Source of the DNA: Acidobacteriota bacterium
Lineage (GTDB): Bacteria; Acidobacteriota; UBA890; WLXD01
NCBI GenBank assembly: GCA_963666055.2
Contig: CAXWPH010000014.1
Coordinates: forward strand, 32,001-96,000
Reading direction: 5' to 3'
DNA length: 64,000 nt
The notes below the pieces were generated by a model that saw only the letters and a list, made by a program, of their open reading frames with translations, made no database searches and was not told where the DNA came from. The first letter of the stretch is position 1; each line of letters starts with the position of its first letter. The position numbers and the translations under genes were made by a program. Below are positions 50,490 through 61,283 of this stretch, in pieces.

Positions 50490-51307
50490 CGCCTCCTTAC
50501 TCGGATCAGCTCCCCAGCCTTGACTTCGTGGGTTCGACCATCGACAACGACCCTGAGTCCGCCGCTCGAGGAGAGACCCGCACAACGGCCATGGAGCAGG
50601 CCGTCCTGAGTGCAGACGTCGACCAGGCTGCCTACCGCCGACGGTGCCAGCATCAGCCAGCGATCGATTATCGGCTGCAGGCCAGCATCACGAGCGATGT
50701 CGTCCCAACGTTGCATGCCGGTCATGAGCCGTGCCAGCAGCTCCTCGCGATCGACCGAATGGCCGGCCAGCAGTCGCGCGCTGGTAGCACCGCTCAGCTT
50801 GTCGGAGAAATCGGCGCGTCTCTGGTTGACGTTGACGCCGAACCCGCACACGAGGAAATCGAGTTCCGGCCCCATCGCCTCGCCCTCGACGAGCACGCCG
50901 GCAATCTTCTGACCGAGGCAATAGCAGTCGTTCGGCCAGAGAAGCTCCGCGGCGTGCGGCTGGACGTGCGCAAGGGCTTCAGCTACAGCGATACCGGCGG
51001 CCAACTGCACCGCGGTTGCGTAGTCGGCCGAAGGCGTCGGGGGGCGCAGCACCACCGACGCGTAAAGTCCTAGCCCCGCGGGAGACTCCCAGCGACGCCG
51101 ACGGCGACCACGGCCAGCCGTCTGCTCCTCGGCCAGTATCAGCGTGCCATCATCGGCGCCCGCGCGGCCGAGCTCACGCGCAACGGAGTTCGTCGACGCC
51201 ACCGTCTGGTGAGCGACAACCTCGCGGGCCATACGGGACGGCACCGCCAGGGCCCGGAACCGCGCCACATCCAAGGGTCGATTGGTTGGCGCGCTGGCCG
51301 TACTCAT
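50483..51307 (-). CDS. birA: Biotin-[acetyl-CoA-carboxylase] ligase (no N-terminal HTH)
   Basis: STN, EQTAGRGRRRRRW, WPND, KIAGVLVE and GFGVNV motifs. Confidence 0.92.
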   Translation of the reverse strand: MSTASAPTNRPLDVARFRALAVPSRMAREVVAHQTVASTNSVARELGRAGADDGTLILAEEQTAGRGRRRRRWESPAGLGLYASVVLRPPTPSADYATAVQLAAGIAVAEALAHVQPHAAELLWPNDCYCLGQKIAGVLVEGEAMGPELDFLVCGFGVNVNQRRADFSDKLSGATSARLLAGHSVDREELLARLMTGMQRWDDIARDAGLQPIIDRWLMLAPSAVGSLVDVCTQDGLLHGRCAGLSSSGGLRVVVDGRTHEVKAGELIRVRRRW

Positions 51308-51315
51308 CGCGCCCC

Positions 51316-53997
51316 TCACCCTCCGATTGCGGAGAGGCGCTCTTCGAGTCGCTGCCGCTCGGCGATTAGCTCGGCCTGTCGATGCCGCGCCTTCGCCACC
51401 ACCTCTTCCGGCGCCTTGGCCAGGAAGCCCCGGTTGGTCAGCCGCCCGTCGATCCCCGCGAGCTCACCCACGGCCCGGTCCAGCACCTTCTTGAGGCGCG
51501 CTCGCTCGCGATCGAGATCGACATCGTCGAGCGGAATCAGTACCTGGATGTCACCGATCACACCAACGACGCGTTCAACGACCGGATCGTCATCAGCAAC
51601 GATGCGAACCTCCTTGCAGCCCGCCAAGCTGCGAACCAACGACTCCGCCGCTGCGAGCTCCAAGCGACGATCTTCGGACTCCGCGATCAGCACGAGCGGA
51701 ATCTTCTTCCTTGGCTCGACGCCGATCTCGGCGCGTAGACGGCGCACCTCTGTGACGACACCCTGCAACGTACGCACGGCCGCTTCCACTTCGTCGTCGC
51801 GCCACTCATCTTGAGCCGCAGCGAATGGCGCGAGTGCCAGTAGATCTCGATCTCCCGGCAGCCGGCTCCAGAGCTCCTCGGTAAGAAACGGCATCACGGG
51901 ATGGAGCGCGCGCAGCACGATCTCGAGCGTCGCCAGCAGGGTCGCCCGCGTCTCGCGTCGAGCGTGAGGCTGGTCACCGTTGAGTGCCACCTTCGCCATC
52001 TCAAGGTACCAGTCGCAGAACTCGTGCCAGATGAACTGATAGAGCCCTTGTGCCGCCTCATCGAACCGGAACTTGGACATATCGCGCTCGAAGCGCTCCA
52101 CGACGGTGACGATGCGCGACAGGATCCAACGATCCGGCAAGCTCGTGGCGCTCGGATCCGCGGCATCGGCGCTCGCTTGCAACGCCTCTGCGCGGTCACC
52201 GAGATTCATCAAGCTGAAGCGCGTCGCGTTCCACAATTTGTTGGCAAAGGCGCGATATCCGGCAACACGCTCCTCGGAAAAGATGAGATCGGTGCCAGGC
52301 GTCGCCGACGCCACGAGCATGAAGCGCAACGCGTCGGCACCGTACTTGTCGACGATCTCCTGCGGATCAACGCCGTTGCCACGCGATTTGCTCATCTTGA
52401 CGCCGTCGGCGTCGCGGATCAGCCCGTGCAGGAACACCTCCTTGAACGGCGACTCGCCCCGAAAATGAAGCCCCATCATCAGCATGCGAGCGACCCAGAA
52501 GAAGAGGATATCGTAGCCGGTGACCAGCACGTCGGTCGGGTAGTAACGGCGGAGATCGACGGTGTCCTCAGGCCAGCCCAAGGTAGAGAACGGAAAGAGC
52601 CCCGAGGAGAACCAGGTGTCTAGAACATCCGGATCCTGGCGCAGACCGAGGGCCGGATCGGGCTCCTCGAGCGTGACGATGATCTCGCCGGTAGCATCAT
52701 TGTGCCAGGCTGGGATGCGATGGCCCCACCAAAGCTGACGCGAGATACACCAGTCGCGGATGTTGGTCATCCATTCGCGAAACACTTTGAACTGGCTCTC
52801 GGGGTGAAATCGTACCCGGCCGTCTTCCGCCGCCGCCAGCGCCGCCTCGGCAAGCGGCGCGGTCTTGACGAACCACTGGGTCGATATCTGTGGCTCGATG
52901 ACGGCCCCGCTGCGCTCGCTGTGCCCCACAGCGTGCTTGTGGGCGCGCTCGCCCATCAGCAGCGAGCGCTCCCGCAGATGCTCTAGGACTAGTTCACGAG
53001 CCTCGAAGCGGTCCAACCCCTCATAGGGACCGGTGTTATCGGTCATGCGGCCGTCGAAGCCGATGACCTGAATGCTTTCAAGCTCGTTACGCTTACCGAT
53101 CTCGTAATCGTTCGGATCGTGGGCTGGTGTTACTTTCACCACTCCTGTACCGAACTCCGGATCGACGGCCTCGTCCGCAATGACCCGAATCTCGCGGCCG
53201 AGCAGCGGTAGCACAGCGGTGCGACCGACGACGGCGGCATAGCGAGTATCGTTGGGGTGGACCGCCAACGCGGTGTCGCCGAGCATAGTCTCTGGCCGTG
53301 TCGTCTCGACCTCCAGCCAGTCGCGTCCCTCTCCCTCGGGGTCGGGTGTCAGCGGGTAGCGGATCTTCCATAGCTTCCCGTCGACCTCTTCGTGCTTGAC
53401 CTCGAGATCGGAGATCGCCGTCTGGTCGTGCGGACACCAGTTGACCATGTACTCGCCGCGATAAATGAAACCCTGTTCGTAGAGGTCTACGAACGCCCTC
53501 CGTACGGCCTTCGACATGTCTGGATCCAGGGTGAAACGTAATCGCGACCAGTCCACCGAGAGTCCCAGGCTCCGCATTTGATCGAGAATCCTGCCCCCGT
53601 GCTGCTCCCTCCACTCCCAGACACGCCTCTCGAACGCCTCGCGTCCGATCGAGCGGCGCTCGATCCCTTCACTCAGCAATGCCTTCTCGACGACGTTTTG
53701 GGTGGCGATGCCCGCATGATCGGTACCCGGAAGCCAGAGCACGTCGAGCCCGTGCATACGCTTCCATCGCGCCATGACGTCCTGAAGAGTCTGATCGAGC
53801 GCGTGCCCCAGATGCAGCGCCCCGGTAACATTGGGCGGCGGTATCACCATCGAGAATTTGGCCGCGCCGGAGTGAGGATCGGCGCGGCCGATCTCCGCCT
53901 CCTCCCAAGCAGCCCGCCAGCGCTCTTCGACCGCCTCAGGTTCGAAGCCCGTCGGCATGTCTTCGCTGGTCGACGGTGCAGATATGCTGTCGTCCAT
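51316..53997 (-). CDS. valS: Valine-tRNA ligase
   Basis: PPPNVTGALHLGH, DWCISRQLWWGH, DVLDTWFSS, KMSKS and a C-terminal coiled coil. Confidence 0.98.
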   Translation of the reverse strand: MDDSISAPSTSEDMPTGFEPEAVEERWRAAWEEAEIGRADPHSGAAKFSMVIPPPNVTGALHLGHALDQTLQDVMARWKRMHGLDVLWLPGTDHAGIATQNVVEKALLSEGIERRSIGREAFERRVWEWREQHGGRILDQMRSLGLSVDWSRLRFTLDPDMSKAVRRAFVDLYEQGFIYRGEYMVNWCPHDQTAISDLEVKHEEVDGKLWKIRYPLTPDPEGEGRDWLEVETTRPETMLGDTALAVHPNDTRYAAVVGRTAVLPLLGREIRVIADEAVDPEFGTGVVKVTPAHDPNDYEIGKRNELESIQVIGFDGRMTDNTGPYEGLDRFEARELVLEHLRERSLLMGERAHKHAVGHSERSGAVIEPQISTQWFVKTAPLAEAALAAAEDGRVRFHPESQFKVFREWMTNIRDWCISRQLWWGHRIPAWHNDATGEIIVTLEEPDPALGLRQDPDVLDTWFSSGLFPFSTLGWPEDTVDLRRYYPTDVLVTGYDILFFWVARMLMMGLHFRGESPFKEVFLHGLIRDADGVKMSKSRGNGVDPQEIVDKYGADALRFMLVASATPGTDLIFSEERVAGYRAFANKLWNATRFSLMNLGDRAEALQASADAADPSATSLPDRWILSRIVTVVERFERDMSKFRFDEAAQGLYQFIWHEFCDWYLEMAKVALNGDQPHARRETRATLLATLEIVLRALHPVMPFLTEELWSRLPGDRDLLALAPFAAAQDEWRDDEVEAAVRTLQGVVTEVRRLRAEIGVEPRKKIPLVLIAESEDRRLELAAAESLVRSLAGCKEVRIVADDDPVVERVVGVIGDIQVLIPLDDVDLDRERARLKKVLDRAVGELAGIDGRLTNRGFLAKAPEEVVAKARHRQAELIAERQRLEERLSAIGG

Positions 53998-54179
53998 GAA
54001 TCTCGATCGAGGGTCGGTCGGGGGAAACCGCCTGGAAATATGCAAGCTTGGGCCTGGCAGGCCGTACCGGCGATTCAAGTGAGAGGCAATCAAAACGCGA
54101 CGTCGACGACCTGTCAATGTACCCACAGCGGCTCCACCTGGGCAGGCCAGCAGCCGCCGAGCCCCCTATAATCCGGCCG

Positions 54180-54971
54180 ATGGCGATCGCCAAGAAGAAA
54201 TGGGGGCAGCACTGGCTGGCGAACGACGCCTTGGCCGAGACTCTCGCGACGGTGGTCAACGCGCGTCCCGGCGAGACCTTCCTCGAGATCGGCCCCGGAA
54301 CCGGGCGCCTCACCGGCGCGTTACTGCGCCGCCATGCGAGGGTGGTCGCGGTCGAAATTGACCCGGAATGCTGCGAAGAGCTGCGGCAGCTCTACGCTGG
54401 CGCGGCCCTCACCTTGATTCAGGGCGACGCGCTGGTGCTCGATAAGGACTTGCCGTGGCAGACGAAGCCGCTACGGCTGATTGGGAACCTACCCTACAAC
54501 CTCAGTGGGCCCTTCTTGCGGTGGACGGCAACGCATCGGACCGACATCGTTGATGCGCACTACATGCTGCAACGTGAGGTCGCCGAGCGTACCGCAAGTC
54601 CGCCGGGAACCAAGTCCTACGGTGTGATGTCTGTGCGTACGCAATGGGAGTTCGAGGTCGACGTGGTCAAGCGTCTGACCGCCGGCTCCTTCCGCCCGAT
54701 GCCGAAAGTCGATTCGGCCTTCGTGCGACTGACCCCGCGCCCCCTCTCGGAGGCACCGAAACCTTCGGTGCACGAGATACGAACGCTGCAAGCGGGGTTC
54801 GCTCATCGACGCAAGACACTCGTAAACGGGCTGGTGCACGCCGGTTGGAACGCCGAGGTGGTCGCCAACGCATGCCTTCAGATCAGCCTACGGAGCGGTG
54901 CGCGCGCTGAAACCCTCCTACCCCACCAGTGGCGCCGGCTCGCCGCAACGCTGCCGTCCCTGCCGCGATGA
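54180..54971 (+). CDS. rsmA: 16S rRNA m6,2A dimethyltransferase RsmA/KsgA
   Basis: GQHWL, LEIGPGTG, GNLPYN, MLQREVAER, FRPMPKVDS and FAHRRKTL motifs. Confidence 0.96.
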   Translation: MAIAKKKWGQHWLANDALAETLATVVNARPGETFLEIGPGTGRLTGALLRRHARVVAVEIDPECCEELRQLYAGAALTLIQGDALVLDKDLPWQTKPLRLIGNLPYNLSGPFLRWTATHRTDIVDAHYMLQREVAERTASPPGTKSYGVMSVRTQWEFEVDVVKRLTAGSFRPMPKVDSAFVRLTPRPLSEAPKPSVHEIRTLQAGFAHRRKTLVNGLVHAGWNAEVVANACLQISLRSGARAETLLPHQWRRLAATLPSLPR

Positions 54972-55774
54972 GCGCTACCGGGCCGACGTTCGGCACCGCT
55001 ATCCTCCTCGGAATCCTCCAGGGCCTGACCGAGTTTCTGCCGATATCGAGCAGCGGTCACCTGGGAGCCGCACAACTGCTGTTCCCCGACAGGGCGTATC
55101 CCGGCGTCACCCTCGAGCTTGCCACCCATCTGGGAACCACGATCGCGGTACTGGTCTACTATCGTGAACTGGTTTCAGGCTTGCTCCGTCACCGGCCTGG
55201 GGCGGCGCTGCTGGGCATCGAGCGCCCGCAGTGGTGGCTACTGCTGTTGGTGGGCAGCCTGCCGACCGCCATCCTCGGGTTGTTGTTACGCGACGCCGTC
55301 TATGCAGCGTTCGGCAGCCTGTACGCGATCGCCCTGGGCTTGGTAGTGTCCGGTGCGTTCTTGATGGCCTCGCGTCTGCAACCCCGCGCCGATCGACAGA
55401 TCACCTGGAGAACTGCCCTATTGATAGGCGCCGTGCAAGGGCTCGCTGTCTTCCCCGGCTTTTCGCGCTCCGGCTTGACCATCAGCGTGGCGCTGCTGGC
55501 CAAGGTGCGGCCGGCTCAGGCCGTCACCTTCTCGTTGCTCCTGTCAGTCCCAGCGATCTTGGGAGCATCAGTGCTCGATGCTGTGCAATTGAGTCTCTCA
55601 TCGGTCCCCGCCGCGCTCTTGTTCAGCCATCTACTGTTTGCTATCCTTGCGGCCGGGCTCGTTGGTTACTTTTGCATCGGGCTCGTTCACCGCGCTACCC
55701 GGGCTGGCTGGTGGTACCGTTTCGCATGGTATTGCTGGTTCGGAGCGCTGGTGTTGCTCGCGGCCGCGCGGTAG
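54968..55774 (+). CDS. uppP: Undecaprenyl-diphosphate phosphatase
   Basis: QGLTEFLPISSSGH and PGFSRSGLTI motifs. Confidence 0.96.
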   Translation: MSATGPTFGTAILLGILQGLTEFLPISSSGHLGAAQLLFPDRAYPGVTLELATHLGTTIAVLVYYRELVSGLLRHRPGAALLGIERPQWWLLLLVGSLPTAILGLLLRDAVYAAFGSLYAIALGLVVSGAFLMASRLQPRADRQITWRTALLIGAVQGLAVFPGFSRSGLTISVALLAKVRPAQAVTFSLLLSVPAILGASVLDAVQLSLSSVPAALLFSHLLFAILAAGLVGYFCIGLVHRATRAGWWYRFAWYCWFGALVLLAAAR

Positions 55775-55820
55775 GGGCGAAAGCCGGCCGAGACCGACGT
55801 ACTGACATCGAGGTCAGACA

Positions 55821-58229
55821 TTGGCTCGGACAGGCAGGGCTCAGGCACAAACGGCTCGCGCTAACACGGCCCGCAAGCGAGTGACTCGGAAAGCGCGTCG
55901 ATCCCGCGCCAGAAGCCGGCATCCGAGCCACCGCGGCGAGTTCCTCGGCATGATCGTGCTTGCAGCAACCGCTTTTCTGCTCGTGTCGCTGTACTCATAC
56001 GACGCCGCCGACGGGGACCTCTTCATCCACATCGCCGGCGACCCGCCCAAGAACCTCGGCGGCACCGTCGGCGCCACGATCGCCGCGCTCGCTTTCCAGA
56101 TGTTGGGCATCGGCGCGTGGGTCGGAGTGGCGACTTGCGGAACCCTGGGCTGGTGTCGCATTCGAGGGGAGCACATCCCCGCGGTGATCACCAAGACCAT
56201 CGGGTTGTTCACATTCATCGGCTTCGGTTGCATTCTGGCGCATTACGGACTCGGGGATGTTGGGCTCGGTGGGCGCCCCTCGCCCGCCGGCGGGCTACTC
56301 GGCGTATCTGGTGGCCATACGTTGCAGGGGGCGTTCGGATCGGTTGGGGGTCCACTGGTGGCCGCCACGGCGTCGCTGTTGGCGCTGATCGCCGTCACCA
56401 AGCTATCGCTCGCCCGCGGCACTGCCATGCTGTGGTCGACATGTACGGCCCGCATCAGGCAGGGGCGTACGACAACAGCGCGCTGGCGGGAACGGCGCCG
56501 CAAGACGCGCCAGCGGCGCACAGTGATCAAGAAGTACGCCGCCCGGCACGCCGAAAAAGAGACCGAGACAAAATCGACAGCCGTTGAGCCAGGTGCTCTG
56601 CTGACATTGCGCGTGCCGGTCAATGCCACCCGCCTCGGAGCTCCCCTTCCCGGGCTCTTGCTCGAACCCGATGTGGGGCTTGAAGCCGACGACGACGCCG
56701 GCATGCCGCGGATCGAGCTCACCGAGCCCTACGCACCCGCACCGCTGCCGTTCGAACAGCCGGCCGGCCCTGATGGCGACTACGCGCTGCCGGAAACCGA
56801 CCTGCTGCGACAGCCTGAAGTCGGCCAGGTAATCGACCAGAAAGAGCTGATGGAGAAGGCCAAGACCATCACCTCCAAGGCGGCCGAGTTCCGCGTAACC
56901 GGCGAGGTGGTAGCGATCCATCCGGGGCCGGTGGTAGCCACTTTCGAGTTCCGGCCCGGCACCGGCGTCAAGTACAGCCGCATCACCAACCTTGAAGAGG
57001 ACCTCAGCCTAGCGCTCAAGGCGGAGTCGATCCGTATCGCCCGTCTGCCCGGCAAGGCCACTGTCGGCATTGAGGTGCCCAACAGCGACCGCGCCGTGAT
57101 CGGTTTTCGCGACATCATCGAGTCCGCCGAGTTCCAGGGTTCCAAGTCAAAGCTAACGTTAGCGCTCGGCAAGCAGATCCACGGTGAGACGACGGTCACC
57201 GACCTCGCACGCATGCCGCATCTGCTCATCGCCGGCACCACCGGTGCCGGAAAGAGCGTGGCACTCAACTGCATGCTGTTGAGCCTGCTCTACAAAGCCA
57301 CGCCCGACGAAGTAAAGGTCGTGCTGATCGACCCCAAACGCCTGGAATTCGGTCTCTACAAGGACATCCCGCATCTGCTCACGCCCGTCGTTGTCGAGCC
57401 GAAGTTAGCCGCCAACGCCCTGAGCTGGTCTGTGCGCGAGATGGAGCGACGCTACAAGCTGCTGGCCGAGTACGGCGTACGGAACATCGATCAGTTCAAC
57501 CTGATTCTCAAGCGCGGCGGACGGGAGCTAGGCGACATAGACAAGGCTGCCGAAGAGCTCAAGCCGCTTCCCTACATCGTGGTCATTATCGACGAGCTCG
57601 CCGATCTCATGATGACCTCTTCGAACGTTGTAGAGGAAGCGATCATCCGACTGTCGCAAATGGCGCGAGCGGTCGGCATTCACCTTATCCTGGCTACTCA
57701 GAGACCCTCGGTTGACGTGCTCACCGGCGTCATCAAGAACAACCTGCCGGCGAGAATAAGCTTCCGCGTCGCTTCGCGGGTCGACTCACGAGTGATTCTC
57801 GACACGCACGGGGCGGAGACCTTGCTCGGTCGCGGCGACATGCTGTTCCTGGCGCCCGGAACGTCGCGACTGTCTCGAGTACACGCCGCTTTCGTTACCG
57901 AGCAGGAGGTGAATTCGGTAGTCGCCTTCTGGCGCGATCAAGCGCGTCCGGCCTACTCGGCTAAGGTCACCGAGGCGCCCCCGGAGTCGGCTGGCAGGGG
58001 CAAGGGCGCAGACCCGTCGGCGCGCGACGAGTTCTTCGCCGACGCCGTGCGCGTCGTGGTAAACGCGGGCGAGGCCTCAGTCTCCAACATTCAGCGCAAG
58101 CTCAGCCTCGGATACGCGCGCGCTGGTCGCATCATGGACATGATGGAAGAAGAAGGAATCGTCGGGCCGCCGAGTGGCTCGAAGGCCCGAAGGGTGCTGG
58201 TGGACTCGAGCTACCTGACGTCGCTGTAG
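55821..58229 (+). CDS. ftsK: DNA translocase FtsK
   Basis: 4TM N-domain, PHLLIAGTTGAGKS, IIDELADLMM, ATQRPSVDV and a gamma domain (QRKLSLGYARAGR). Confidence 0.97.
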   Translation: MARTGRAQAQTARANTARKRVTRKARRSRARSRHPSHRGEFLGMIVLAATAFLLVSLYSYDAADGDLFIHIAGDPPKNLGGTVGATIAALAFQMLGIGAWVGVATCGTLGWCRIRGEHIPAVITKTIGLFTFIGFGCILAHYGLGDVGLGGRPSPAGGLLGVSGGHTLQGAFGSVGGPLVAATASLLALIAVTKLSLARGTAMLWSTCTARIRQGRTTTARWRERRRKTRQRRTVIKKYAARHAEKETETKSTAVEPGALLTLRVPVNATRLGAPLPGLLLEPDVGLEADDDAGMPRIELTEPYAPAPLPFEQPAGPDGDYALPETDLLRQPEVGQVIDQKELMEKAKTITSKAAEFRVTGEVVAIHPGPVVATFEFRPGTGVKYSRITNLEEDLSLALKAESIRIARLPGKATVGIEVPNSDRAVIGFRDIIESAEFQGSKSKLTLALGKQIHGETTVTDLARMPHLLIAGTTGAGKSVALNCMLLSLLYKATPDEVKVVLIDPKRLEFGLYKDIPHLLTPVVVEPKLAANALSWSVREMERRYKLLAEYGVRNIDQFNLILKRGGRELGDIDKAAEELKPLPYIVVIIDELADLMMTSSNVVEEAIIRLSQMARAVGIHLILATQRPSVDVLTGVIKNNLPARISFRVASRVDSRVILDTHGAETLLGRGDMLFLAPGTSRLSRVHAAFVTEQEVNSVVAFWRDQARPAYSAKVTEAPPESAGRGKGADPSARDEFFADAVRVVVNAGEASVSNIQRKLSLGYARAGRIMDMMEEEGIVGPPSGSKARRVLVDSSYLTSL

Positions 58230-58308
58230 TGGCCTTGGCGACAGGGTCTTGCCAGCTCTCCGCCACGACAATCTTCGCGCTTTCAAAGCAACGGTCGATA
58301 GCGGCCGA

Positions 58309-58749
58309 TCAGCTGTCGCCACTTTCGGCGGACAGGTTCTTCACCAACGAGATGCACGTGCCCCCACCGTCCGGGAACGAGAAGCGCACCTCGTCCATGA
58401 ACTGGCGCATGAGGTAAACGCCGCGACCGCCTTCGCTGAGCAGGTTCTCTGCCGACAAGGGGTCGCCCAGCGTGCCGGGGTCGAAGCCCTCGCCCTGATC
58501 GCACACCGATATCTCGACGCGTCCCTCGCCGAGCCGATAGTCGACGCTGACGGAGGTATCAGGGCGCTCCTTGTTGCCGTGCAGGACGGCATTCATCACC
58601 GCCTCCCGCACCGCCAGGACCGGCCAGTACGCCTGCTCGTCGTCGAACCCCGCCATCGCGAAGATGCGCTCGGAGAGCGCCTGCAGCGGATCGATCCACT
58701 CGCGCCGACTCCCGCATCGGACTGTCACGTTCATTTCCTTGACCGCCAT
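58309..58749 (-). CDS. RsbW/SpoIIAB-like anti-sigma factor Ser kinase (HATPase_c)
   Basis: EAVMNAVLHGN, DQGEGFD and GGRGVYLMRQFMD motifs. Confidence 0.92.
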   Translation of the reverse strand: MAVKEMNVTVRCGSRREWIDPLQALSERIFAMAGFDDEQAYWPVLAVREAVMNAVLHGNKERPDTSVSVDYRLGEGRVEISVCDQGEGFDPGTLGDPLSAENLLSEGGRGVYLMRQFMDEVRFSFPDGGGTCISLVKNLSAESGDS

Positions 58750-58754
58750 TGGCC

Positions 58755-60986
58755 TCAGGTCTCCGTTGGTGAGCGCTCGGCGCTACCGGGATCGCCGACA
58801 ACCACAACGACCTTCCCGGCGCTACGATTCAGCGCCGTGTCGGTCACCTGAACGACCACCGTATGCTCGCCGGGGGCGAGGTCTCCGATGCTGAATTCAA
58901 TACCCTCGATGGCTGAATCGGCCGCACCATCGGCGGGCAATACTGTATGCCAAACTGCCCCGTCTACAGAATATCGGAGCTGCCGCAGAAGCGATGTGGC
59001 ATCGTGAACGCGCCCGGAAACGCGCACCTCGTTGCCATCGATCATAGCGCTCAACGCATCGAACACCGGCGCCGTGTTGTCGACCATGAAGGGTGATGAA
59101 GTCGCGCTCCCCGACTTGGCCAAAGCCGGCGGGTTGGATGGGCGATCGCTCGCCGATACGCGCACCGCATACCTGCCGTCGGCCAGACGGGCTGTATCGA
59201 ACGTGAACTGCGTTGTGTCGAGCTGCTCGGCAAGCGGTTTCCAGATGGCTTCCTCCTCGCCGCGGAACTCGAGGGTGTATTCGAGCCCATCACCGTTGGG
59301 ATCGCTCGCTTCCCAGGTGAAGGTGCGCAAGCCGTGCATGTAAAGCGGCCGACCGAGGAACGGACGCGCGGCGCTGGCGGAAGCCGAAGAATCCATGGCG
59401 CGAAGCGCCTCGGCCACAGACGATGGGATCTGCGCAAAGGGCAGGCCGTCCTCGAATGCGGCGGTCTGGCGATAGATCACTCCGGCCGGATGAACCCGAA
59501 GTGCGTCGAGCCTAGGGGGGAGATTACCCGGAACGTAGGCAATCTCGACGCGATACAACGTCGGTGTCCGCCCGCCGTCGGAAGTCACCAACTCGGCGCG
59601 CCACTGCAGGAAGCGCGCCGCAGGCGAGGCAACCCCACTGGCCTCCGCATCGCCCGGCGAACTCGACCACGCACTCCACGTGTCATCGGGCGTGCCGGTA
59701 TTGCCGCTGCGCGTGTAGAGCCGCACAGCCGTTCCATCCGGAGTCTCGGCCCGCCAACGTAGCGTTCCCCACGTGGACGTCGTGCCGGTGTCCTTGACCT
59801 GCGAAAGGTACTCTCCCTGGGCACGATAGGACGCTCCCAGACGATGTACACGCCCGATGTTGCTGGTCGCGGCCAACGTTACCGAGCTGCTTACTCCCAC
59901 CAACTCCACGACCTGTTCCGCGTCGAGCTGGCTCAACAACGTTGTGCTTCGATCGGCGCGGACGTGGTAGACGCGCCCACCGGGCCCGGTGCCCACAAGC
60001 ACACCGTCCGGTGCCATCGCGAGCGCGTAGACACCCTCGGTAGTGCTCTCCCAGACGGTCTCTGCGAACCCGTCCGCATCAAGCCGATACACCGCTCCCG
60101 ATGCCTTGGCCGACCCGTCCTCGGGAGTAAACAGCGACACACGCCCGCCCAACGGTGCCTCTGCCTCCGAACCCGTGTTGTCGTCGGCCGGTCCGAACGC
60201 CCCCACCCACACCGACCCATCCCGCAGCAACACGTCGGTGATTTCGGGCAACGGGGCATCATAGAGAACGAACACCTCGCCGGACTCCGAGATACGATAG
60301 ACATAGCCGTTGCCGTCGGTACCGGCGACGATCCCACCGGCAGCGTCGACAGCGACCGTCGTCACATTCGGCTCCGCTGTCTCGTACAAACGCTCTAGCC
60401 GGCCATCGTCGATGCGGATGATGGCTGCGTCTCCGCCAGTAGCCGCGACCAGGCGGCCCTGCGGATCAACCGCCAGATCCCAAACATACGCCACGTCGAG
60501 CTCGGCCCAGGCCTCCAGTTGCTCGTCGCCCGCGTAGGCGTCGGGCACCCGGTATACGGACCCACGCGGTCCCGCCGCCACAAACAGATGTCCGTCGGGC
60601 GCCCAAGCAATCGACTGAACGAATCCCTCGCCAGGGACGGTGAAAAACACCTCGGCCTCGGCATCCGGCCGCACTCGCGTCACGTCCCCCTCTTCACCCG
60701 CAGCGACGAAGATGCTTCTCGCGCCATCGGTCGCAACTCCCCAAACACGCGGCCGATGAGCGTCGAACACCATGTCGATCGATGGTGCCAGGCGGAGAGC
60801 GCCATCCGCCGCAATCGAAACGCCGAGCGGCTCGCCGGCCGAGAAGTCTTTGGCGCCAGCCTGCGACCAGACAGCCGGGCCGCTACTTAGCCCCGTGCCG
60901 GCGATCACCAGCGCCGCCGCAGCAACCCCAGTGGCAATCGTGCTATGCAAGCTTCCTCCATGTCGGGCCCAGGCGCCAAGCACCAC
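58755..60986 (-). CDS. Large secreted beta-propeller protein with C-terminal FN3/Ig-like domains
   Basis: Signal peptide; repeated blades (xAxGxxGxVYR); RSGNTGTPDDTWSAWS, DGRYAVRVSASD and VDNTAP motifs. Confidence 0.8.
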   Translation of the reverse strand: MVLGAWARHGGSLHSTIATGVAAAALVIAGTGLSSGPAVWSQAGAKDFSAGEPLGVSIAADGALRLAPSIDMVFDAHRPRVWGVATDGARSIFVAAGEEGDVTRVRPDAEAEVFFTVPGEGFVQSIAWAPDGHLFVAAGPRGSVYRVPDAYAGDEQLEAWAELDVAYVWDLAVDPQGRLVAATGGDAAIIRIDDGRLERLYETAEPNVTTVAVDAAGGIVAGTDGNGYVYRISESGEVFVLYDAPLPEITDVLLRDGSVWVGAFGPADDNTGSEAEAPLGGRVSLFTPEDGSAKASGAVYRLDADGFAETVWESTTEGVYALAMAPDGVLVGTGPGGRVYHVRADRSTTLLSQLDAEQVVELVGVSSSVTLAATSNIGRVHRLGASYRAQGEYLSQVKDTGTTSTWGTLRWRAETPDGTAVRLYTRSGNTGTPDDTWSAWSSSPGDAEASGVASPAARFLQWRAELVTSDGGRTPTLYRVEIAYVPGNLPPRLDALRVHPAGVIYRQTAAFEDGLPFAQIPSSVAEALRAMDSSASASAARPFLGRPLYMHGLRTFTWEASDPNGDGLEYTLEFRGEEEAIWKPLAEQLDTTQFTFDTARLADGRYAVRVSASDRPSNPPALAKSGSATSSPFMVDNTAPVFDALSAMIDGNEVRVSGRVHDATSLLRQLRYSVDGAVWHTVLPADGAADSAIEGIEFSIGDLAPGEHTVVVQVTDTALNRSAGKVVVVVGDPGSAERSPTET

Positions 60987-61004
60987 GGCACCTCGCCTAG
61001 TGGC

Positions 61005-61283
61005 CTAGCAGGCCGTGGTGAAAGTGTGGTGGGTCTGGTTACGGCGAGTTGGGGCCAGATGCAAGGCGGCCTGACACTGGCGATGCCCCGGCCATCGTCG
61101 AGGAAGGCCAACGCCGCAAATGGCCCCAAATCGCCGTAACCCTTCGGGCGACACGGGGTTGCGCGCGCATGCTGCGTCGTTCCTCGTCAACGATGGGGTA
61201 ACCATCGCCTCCTCCTCTCTCCTTGCCTCCACTTCGCAAGACCCTGTCGCCAGATCCACCACACTTTCACCACGGCCTGCTAG
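61005..61283. mobile_element. Full-length 279-bp MITE-like element (family A), CTAG-flanked
   Basis: TIRs CTAGCAGGCCGTGGTGAAAGTGTGGTGG / CCACCACACTTTCACCACGGCCTGCTAG; colinear with 37228-37507. Confidence 0.92.
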
